Assembly (NCBI RefSeq): GCF_009914755.1
Contig: NC_060930.1
From: the human T2T-CHM13v2.0 reference genome, Homo sapiens
Direction: 5' to 3' (one strand)
Length of the DNA: 64,000 nt
The position numbers were made by a program, and so were the translations under genes. Position 1 is the stretch's first letter. Every line of letters starts with the position of its first letter. Of this stretch, positions 52,271 through 64,000 are shown piece after piece. The notes below the pieces were generated by a model. The model had not been told where the DNA came from, searched no databases, and saw nothing but the letters and a program-made list of their open reading frames with translations.

Positions 52271-52815
52271 CACCAAAGTAGCCATTATAGTTTGGGCCAG
52301 CAAAAGTCTCATGGTTCACTCATTACAGTATAGTCCCTGGACTGATAGCTATTTATCTACATAGTGTGTTTTGAAGATACTATTGTAGAATTCAGCAATT
52401 AATATAAACTGTGTCTTGATCTGACTCACTGTCTTGTATTATCTTCTGTAGGGGCACACTGAGTTGCCTGAAAGCAAGAAATCTTAAATTATGTCATTTT
52501 CATTGAAACTTGAGCTTTGGAATTATTGCATATTAGTGATAAAAGTAACAGATCTCAAGAATGTGCCCTCTAGGGGGCCAGATGTTTTAAGCATTTGCTC
52601 TTTCTGTGTAAGATTTCACAAGACTTTCAGACTGTCCTCATTTTGATAATATTAATATGGCCATAAGCTTGAACTTGCGTAAGTCCTATGAGAAAGTTTG
52701 GATCATAAATAAATTTAATATATCATAATTTCCCTTTGTGATATAAACGACTATTGTTACTTGTTTTGCTATAGATGTATAAAAAAATAACTAAGGCAAT
52801 AAAAAATTAGAACCA

Positions 52816-53132
<317 letters not shown>

Positions 53133-53269
53133 TTACAGAGTCATTGTTACCACCTCACCACTGTACAAGTTCTTTCTCTTTATTTTCTATTTTCATAAAA
53201 AATACTATGCTGCTGGATCTTCGTGGTTTATTAACTGAACTGTTTAAAATGAAATAAACAATACATAAT

Positions 53270-54105
<836 letters not shown>

Positions 54106-54295
54106 TAGAATGTGTCCTTGTTTTAAAACATTAGATCTTTATGTTATAATTTTATTTTCAAATAGCAATTTTCATTGCCTGAAGATAATCGGATAGTTAT
54201 CAAACTTTGCTAATAACTTCCTTGGTTCTAAAGAAGAGAGATTGATGGTTCTAAAGAAAAAAGATTTACTGAGTTTTTAATACAAAGCGAACTGT

Positions 54296-54606
<311 letters not shown>

Positions 54607-54644
54607 TTACATTAATTATATTTGAATTATTTTCTATCAAATAG

Positions 54645-54764
54645 ATACTTGGTGCTTGAAAAACTGAAGAAGGAAGACGCTGACCGAATTCATATATTCA
54701 GTTCTTTTTTCTATAAACGCCTTAATCAGAGAGAGAGGAGAAATCATGAAACAACTAATCTGTC
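54645..54764 (+). CDS. SENP6: SENP6 exon 17, 120 nt, (K)[39 protein letters not shown](S)
   Basis: aaatAG acceptor; GTC|GTAAGT; Ulp1-family motif HIFSSFFY. Confidence 0.97.
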
Positions 54765-55319
54765 GTAAGTCAAACTCTGAAAATATTTAACAGATGTAAG
54801 TCACTCACATTTAACTAAGTGAAAAATCACGTACTTGAAAGAAAACACAAATCTCTGCAGTTCTCTTGCTTACTTTTTAAATTCTCCAGCCAGGAAGAGA
54901 ACACACTAAATAAATCAGTTCCATTTTCATTCTTCATGGGTTCATATTCACCTTCCTTAAACTAACTTTGTGCTAGTTTTGGAATTTTTTTTAACAACTT
55001 ATTTATATTGAGGCAATATCATTTAGTTCTCTTATCAGTTTACAAAATTAATATAATTCATAATATTCTAATACTTTCAGAATACCTGGAATTTATAAAT
55101 GTTCTGGGTCAAATATCTAGAATAATGTTTCCCAAATGTGACTAGTAGGTTTTTTTAAAATTACTTAGATACTTACTAACTACAGATTACTCTGTTTTAT
55201 CCTAGATGTTTATCCATAATATCTAAGAAAGGAACCTGTGAATCTATACTCTTAATAAGCTCTTTGGGTGATTCTTCTCAGACAAATTAAGGAAATACTA
55301 TTGTACATAGTAGGCCTGA

Positions 55320-55617
55320 TTTGTTTTCTTTTTTTCAAGACAGGGTCTCACTCTGTCACCCAGGCTGGAGGGCATTGGTGTGATCTTGTCTCACCACAAC
55401 CTCTACCTCCCACTCTCAAGTGATCCTTCCACCTCAGCCTCCCAAGTAGCTGGGACTAAGGCACACGCCACTCCACCCAGCTAATTTTTGTATTTTTTGT
55501 GGAGACAGGGTTTCACCATGTTTCCCAGGCTGGTTTCAAACTCCTGGGCTCAAGGAATCTGCTCACCTCTGCCTCCCCAAAGTACTGGGATTTCAGGTGT
55601 GAGCCACCATGCCCCAC
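55320..55617 (-). mobile_element. AluJ
   Basis: full dimer. Confidence 0.88.
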
Positions 55618-56265
55618 CTTTTTCTTTATAATTCCTCTCCAATAGTGATGGCATCTAGCTCTGATAATTTGCTGGTAATTGATCAAAAGATACACTTAAG
55701 AATTGGTACTTTTAAAATTTAAAACTAGTGTTAGATGTCTTGAATTGATGGCTGCTATGCATAATAAATAATTAATAATAATAATATATTCTCTTATTTC
55801 AGCAATTCCTAATGTTGCATCTTAGAGGTGATAACAGTCATTGGTTTTGACCAGTGCTCATGGCTATATTGCTTCATCTACCATCAGATAATGCTCACTT
55901 TTCCTACTGTCTTCTCCCCAGTTACCCTAAGTCGTGCTTGGCTACACCTCTCAATATAGTTGCCAGGACCAATTCTGCAGTAATAAAAATAGTAAAGAGA
56001 AGTCTAGGCAAGATAAGCACTAGAACTTCCACCCCTCAGATGGAGTAACAGGAGTAAAATATCTTTCTCCAAATTCAACAATGGGTAGTCCCATGCCTTC
56101 CTAGTTTCCATCCAACAAGTTCTATTTTCTTTCCCCAGTTTGTCAAACCATTTTATGCAACTGTTTGAGCTATTACATCTGAATCTTCTTAATTTATAAA
56201 TCACTACATATAAGCTGGAGCACTAGAAATATTTCAGAAGCTTATAATTTATCTCTTTCTTACAG

Positions 56266-56358
56266 AATACAGCAAAAACGGCATGGGAGAGTAAAAACAT
56301 GGACCCGGCACGTAGATATTTTTGAGAAGGATTTTATTTTTGTACCCCTTAATGAAGC
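56266..56358 (+). CDS. SENP6: SENP6 exon 18, 93 nt, (S)[30 protein letters not shown](A)
   Basis: ctttcttacAG; AGC|GTGAGT; Ulp1-family motif [19 protein letters not shown]. Confidence 0.97.
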
Positions 56359-57535
56359 GTGAGTAAGAATTTCCTTTAAAGGAAAATCTTTAAATCATGT
56401 AAATGATGGCAATTTTTAAATAATGAGTATGAGGTGAAGAATTCATTTTAAAACATCTTTCTGAAATCTCTTGTGTATATTCATATTTGTACTGCCTGTT
56501 TTACAAGAATTAATGCAGTTTCACAGTGAAGCATGTAAGATATTGAATTTTAGAGACAATAGACCAGATACCTTTCTAATCTCATTTTATTCATTAATGT
56601 CAAATAATACCATTTTTAAAAATATGGTGCTTATTGTCTAGCAAGTAACCTATAGAAAAGTATTATTTTATACAAAAAGATGATTAGGTCACATAAAGGA
56701 ATTGGAATCTTAAGTTTAAAATACACTTCTGTTTTTAGCCAGAAGGGAGAAACGATGGTTGGATTTATGCCATTTTTCAATTAAAAACCATGTGGACTAC
56801 TTGAAGCAGTTTCTGAGTAAATGGAGGTGTTTAAAGATTTGTATTATTCTCTCCCAATGACTAGATAGTAGTATTTTACAATGGAGACTTAAAAGTTTTT
56901 TGTGTTTTATTCTTTCGCTTTTCTATGCCCTCAATCCAAAGAACACCAGAAATACACTTGTAGTCGGAAAACTTGGGTTTATCACTTGCATCAAGGAATG
57001 ACACACACCATGGGCCACTCTGGAGCCTCTCAATAAAAGGATGTTTCAAAGAACCTGTGACAGAATCTGGGCTTTCCTTGAGTGATATGGGGGAGGGTCT
57101 AAAGTAGTGGTTTGCCTAGGTAAAGAAGTAGCATTCACTCATTAATAAAGAAGAAGAATGTTGGCTATTTTGTGGTTTCCAACTGTGACCTTATGTTTTT
57201 CTCTGCTTAGACAAATTATGATATGGCCCTACTTTGTCTCATTCTATCATGGTTGCAGAATATGCTTTCCTGGAGTTGGTATTCTATGAGATTGTTTATG
57301 TCTAATAAGCCTAGCTGTGCCAAGCTAGCTTCTGAATTTTTTTTTTTTAACTTTTGTAGAGGTGAGGGTCTCACTGTGTTGCTCAGGCTGGTCTTGAACT
57401 CTTGGCCTCAAGCCATCCCCCAACCTCAGCCTCCCAAGTAGCTGGGATTATAGACATGAGCCACTGCTCCTAGCAAAGCTATATATTTTTAAATTCATAT
57501 TATCATAGTAAAATTTAAAATAACATTTAAAACTA

Positions 57536-57994
<459 letters not shown>

Positions 57995-58319
57995 TTAAAT
58001 AGAAATATTATTTGATTATACACGATTTAGGAATAGAGGCGCATCCCTCTTAGTCACTATACCTCTGCATGGAAGTTATTATCAGTGCTTCCAGTCATCT
58101 TAGTGAGAGGTAGAAAATGAACTCTGTAAGAGAGCTCTACCATTTGTAGATTAAAAAATAGCCTATAAATCAAGAGAGCTTGTTTTTGTTTTTGCTTTTT
58201 TTTTTTTTTTTTTTTTTGAAGAGACAAAGCTACAAATACTTATACACTAATTATGTTAGATTGGCTGCCATATATTTGTCATCTGTTTTGTTTTTATTTT
58301 TTCTGGTAGTACCAGTTTT

Positions 58320-59633
58320 GTTTTTCTTTTCTTTCTTTCTTTTTTCTCGAGATAGGGTCTCTGTCTGTCACTCAGGCTGGAATGTAGTAGCATGATGTCG
58401 GCTTACTGCAGCCTCAACCTCCCAGGCTTAAGTGATCCTCCGACCTCAGCCTCCTGAGTAGCTGGGACTATAGGTGCATGCTACCACGCCCAGCTAATTT
58501 TTGTATTTTTTTTTAGAGGATGGGGTTTTGCCATGCTGCCCAGTCTGGTCTCAAACTCCAGAGCCGAAGCGGTCCACCTGCCGTAGCCTCTCAAAGTGCT
58601 GGGATTACAGGCATGTGCCACTGTACCTGGCCCTAATTTTTTTCTGAAGTTTCTAAGCTGTTTATTAAAAATTGTTATAGTAATTTCCAGAAACACAAAT
58701 TTGATGTGTGGATCTAATCTATCTTAAGTGAAATTGCCTAGGTATTTTCTTTTGTTTTGTTTTGTTTTTTAGAGACAGAGTCTCATTCTGTTGCCCAAGC
58801 TGGAGTACAGTGGTGCAATCATAGCTCACTGAAGCTTCAAACTCCTAGGCTTAAGCAATCCTCCTGCCTCAGCCTCCTGAGTAGCTAGAACTACAGGCGC
58901 ATGCCACAGGCCCAGCTAATTTTTTAAAATTTTTTTGGAGATGGGGTCTAGCTGTGTTGCCCAGACTGGTCTCAAACTTCTGGCCTCAAGCAGTTCCCCC
59001 ACCTCAGCCTCCCATAGCACCAGGATTACAGGCATGAGCCACTGCGCCTGGCCAAAAGTCTGTGTAACCCTCTCTCTTGCTGTTAAAGTTAACGTAGCTG
59101 TTATTAAAAGGAATCATAAAAGCAAAACCCTGGCTTAATGGAAGTAATTGTTGGAAGTAATTGTCTGATTCAGCTTTCTCTTCTTAGGCCAAAAAGGATT
59201 TTTCCTAGTTTTTAGGTGAGGATATTTGTAGCTTAGCCACATTGGCATAGCTAAGAAATATTAAGAACTGTGATAGGCTTTATTACAGCTGTAGGTTGAG
59301 AGTCACTGTATTATACTATATTTCATCAATTTTATTTTATTTATTTTGAGATGGGGTCTCACTCTGTCGCCCAGACTGGAGTGCAGTGGCACCATCTCGG
59401 CTCACTGCAATCTCCGCCTCCCAGGCTCAAGCTATCCTCCCACCTCAGCCTCCAACCCCAGTAGCTTGGACCACAGGCACGTGCCATCACACCCAGCTAA
59501 TATTTTGTGTTTTTGGTAGAGACGGGGTTTTGCCACGTTGCCCAGGCCAGTCTCCAACTCCTGAGCTCAAGCGATATGCCTGCCTCAACCTCCCAAAGTG
59601 TTGGGATTACAGGTGTGAGCCACCGTGCCCGGC
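58320..59633 (-). mobile_element. Three separate antisense AluJ-like elements (58320-58632, 58746-59053, 59329-59633)
   Basis: each a poly(T)-headed dimer. Confidence 0.87.
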
Positions 59634-60454
59634 ATCATCAATTTTTAAAACACATTTTTTTCACATTGCAACATGTCTAAAGTTGAGATGTGACTTTATA
59701 AATAAAATAAAATTAGCTATGTGTTAGAAGTGATGAAATGAGGAGGTTGGTGTGTTAGCCTGATCTAAATCCATAGGGTACTAAGGAATAATAATGAAGA
59801 ACAGGAGAGAAGCAAGCTTTCATCCATCTGGACTTCGCAATACAGAAGATGAAGCCAGCCAGCCTATGACAGCCATTTCTACTGGATGCTGTTTGATGAA
59901 GAGATAGATAGTGCTGTTTCTTAGTACTAACTTGGGTACTCTAATATTCTACAAAAATGAGAAAGTGGAATAATTTTTATCCATGGCAAGATAACTTGTT
60001 TTTCATCCAGCAAATATTTATTGAACACCCTACCATAGGACAAATATTATTGTGCTTGACCAATAAGCTCCCTGACATCTATAGCCTGTTCCTTGTATCC
60101 CAGCACAGCCCTGTGTCTAGCAAAAAATGAATATTAGCCAGGACTGTACAGCTTCTTGCTTGTGTCCTATACTCTACTGTTGGGAACAGTGATACCTGAA
60201 TTCAGCTGTATCATAAGCACCTACTTGATAGCTGGAACTCTCTACTAATACTTAAATTTTTGTGCAAGGACTAGGTTAGATATGTTATTTCTTTTTAATG
60301 TATTAAATTTCAATATAGCATGAGATAAAACATTACTTATATACATATTTTTGATATTAAGCCTTTCCTATCTTAATAACACACAGTAACAGTAAAAAGA
60401 ACAAAACTATATATGCAATTCTTAGAATGTTGAAAAATCATATGACCTAATTAG

Positions 60455-60789
<335 letters not shown>

Positions 60790-61022
60790 TAATCTTTAAG
60801 ATGGATAGCTTTCCATCTTTTTACATAAAGAGAAGGCAAAGGGGAATGACGAGTTGCAAAGTGACATTACTTGCCAGAAAAAGCAATGAATTTTTCATTC
60901 CAAAAACAAGAAAGCGTTCAGGGATTGTTTGCAAAAGTAAATACAGGCTACATAATTTTAATACAAACTGTGTTATTTTTGAATAGACATTGTGTTCTGT
61001 TACTGAATCAGTGATTACATAA

Positions 61023-61360
<338 letters not shown>

Positions 61361-61487
61361 AGAATTAGGCATTTTTAATAAATTAATTGGCAAGAACTTT
61401 AGAAAAAAACATTTTAATTGATATGTATTGCCAAATATAATAAACTTTTCTAATAACATATTTAGTCATTTCATTTGTTTTTTACAG

Positions 61488-61915
61488 TGCACACTGGTTT
61501 TTGGCTGTTGTTTGTTTCCCCGGTTTGGAAAAACCAAAGTATGAACCTAATCCTCATTACCATGAAAATGCTGTCATACAGAAATGTTCAACTGTAGAGG
61601 ACAGTTGTATTTCTTCTTCAGCCAGTGAAATGGAGAGTTGTTCACAAAACTCTTCTGCCAAGCCTGTAATTAAGAAGATGCTAAACAAAAAACATTGCAT
61701 AGCTGTAATTGATTCCAATCCTGGGCAGGAAGAAAGTGACCCTCGTTATAAGAGAAACATATGCAGTGTAAAATACAGTGTGAAAAAAATAAATCATACT
61801 GCGAGTGAAAATGAAGAATTCAATAAAGGAGAATCTACATCCCAGAAAGTTGCTGATAGGACTAAAAGTGAGAATGGCCTACAGAATGAAAGTTTAAGTT
61901 CCACACATCATACAG
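61488..61915 (+). CDS. SENP6: SENP6 exon 19, 428 nt, (A)[12 protein letters not shown]...SLSSTHHT(D); catalytic His followed by a long insertion loop
   Basis: ttttttacAG; CAG|GTATGT; HW motif of C48 proteases; ORF 61501..61944. Confidence 0.97.
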
Positions 61916-62009
61916 GTATGTATCTAAATGTTTTGAAAGAATGAAAAAATTCAGAATAATCTGGATTTTTTAATAAACAGGATTAAGATCCTGTTTTAAA
62001 AAAAAATCA

Positions 62010-62623
<614 letters not shown>

Positions 62624-62921
62624 ATTGAGAACTTTCCATCACTCAAAAAAAAATCCCATTGTGCCCTTTTTGTAGTCTGTCACTTCTGTCACCCCTAGGG
62701 TGCAATTTTGAAATTGCAGTACAAAGTTTATATTTTCCATTTATTGGAACTTGGATCTATTTTTATTTCATAGGAAATTTACAGTATTCAGCATTAACAG
62801 TAGTTGTGCAGTCTTAGATGTATAAGACAAATTAGGTCTCAATTTACACATTGGTAAATTGAGATCAAATAACCCAAGGCAGAAATTAAAGCTTTCTCTT
62901 CAAAATAGTTGTGAACAGTCC

Positions 62922-63938
62922 TGAAGGGGTGGCCTGCCCTTCCACACCTGTAGGTATATCTCGTCAGGTGGGACGAGAGACTGAGAAAGAAATAAGACAC
63001 AGAGACAAAGTATAGAGAAAGAACAGTGGGCCCAGGAGAACGGCACTCAGCATATCAAGGACCTGCCCCGTCACCGGTCTTTGAGTTCTCTCTGTTTTGG
63101 TTGATTACTATTTTCACTATCTCAGCAAGAGGAATGCCGTAGGAGAGCAAGGTGATAATAGGGAGAAGATCAGCAAGAAAACATGTGAGCAAAGGAATCT
63201 GTGTCACAATTAAGTTCAAGTGGAGGTACTATGCCTGGATGTGCACGTAGGCCAGATTTATGTTTCTCTCCACCCAAACATCTCAGTGGAGTAAAGAATA
63301 ACAAAGGAGCATTGCTGCCAACATGTCTCGCCTCCTGCCATAGGGCGGTTTTTCTCCTATCTCAGAATTGAACAAATGTACAATCAGGTTTTATACTGAG
63401 ACATTCAGTTCCCAGGAGCAGGCAGGAGACAGTGGCCTTCCTCTATCTCAACTGCAAGAGGCTTTCCTCTTTCACTAATCCTTCTCAGCACAGACCCTTC
63501 ACGGGTGTTGGGCTGGGGGACGGTCAGGTCCTTCCCGTCCCACGAGGCCATATTTCAGACTATCACATGGGGAGAAACCTTGGACAATACCCAGCTTTCC
63601 AGGGCAGAGGTCCCTGCGGCTTTCTGCAGCGCATTGTGCCCCTGGTTTATCGAGACTAGAGAATGGTGATGACTTTTACCGAGCATACTGCTTGTAAACA
63701 TTTTGTTAACAAAGCACATCCTGCACAGCCCTAGATCCCTTAAACCTTGATTCCATACAACACATGTTTTTGTGAGCTCAAGTTTGGGGCAAAGAGGTTA
63801 GGGCAAAGTGGTTGGGGCAAAGTTACAGCATCTCAGGGCAAAGCAATTGTTCAGGGTACAGGCCAAAATGGAGTTTCTTATGTCTTCCCTTTCTACATAG
63901 ACACAGTAACAGTCTGATCTCTCTTTCTTTTCCCTATA
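62922..63938 (-). mobile_element. HERV-K(HML-2) solo LTR, LTR5A/B-like
   Basis: minus strand starts (T)ATAGGGAAAAGAAAGAGAGATCAGACTGTTACTGTGTC and ends GGCAGGCCACCCCTTCA; 6-bp TSD CAGTCC/CATTCC; about 1 kb. Confidence 0.93.
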
Positions 63939-64000
63939 CATTCCAATTAAAGCTTGGTTCTTCATTCCTCACTCTCCTTCACTGTTTTCAGTGGGAAGAG

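Noticed and set aside
56930-57330. Possible old ERVL-type LTR; also a MER5-like element at ~55120-55300
   Set aside because: Looks repeat-derived, but I cannot assign family or boundaries reliably without a search

Overview
Human (or very close great-ape) genomic DNA: the middle of the SENP6 gene (SUMO-specific protease 6, chr6q14) on the + strand. Thirteen coding exons with GT-AG borders splice into one frame. From memory of the reference protein these are exons 7-19, about residues 160-906. They encode the SIM/acidic N-terminal region, the PLKRRK NLS-like motif, the YPPPPAKGG loop and the first part of the C48 catalytic domain, including the AHWFL catalytic His. The introns are mostly transposons: dozens of Alus, old L1M/L2/MIR, an MST solo LTR, a Tigger3/MER7 element, a full-length antisense L1PA with a 14-bp TSD, an antisense HERV-K LTR5 solo LTR, and U6 and 7SK retropseudogenes. 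Main leads: (1) the antisense L1 keeps an open ORF0 whose splice donor is in the same phase as SENP6 exon 17, predicting an in-frame ORF0-SENP6 fusion; (2) an open in-frame CxxC-x9-CxxC zinc-ribbon stretch lies just upstream of exon 9, behind an acceptor that is one base out of register; (3) an unidentified polyadenylated RNA fragment is retroposed into an Alu; (4) there are candidate poison and micro-exons, and exon 19 is bracketed by inverted Alus. All were read by eye and none has expression support here. Repeat subfamily names and exon numbers are from recall; TE coordinates are approximate.
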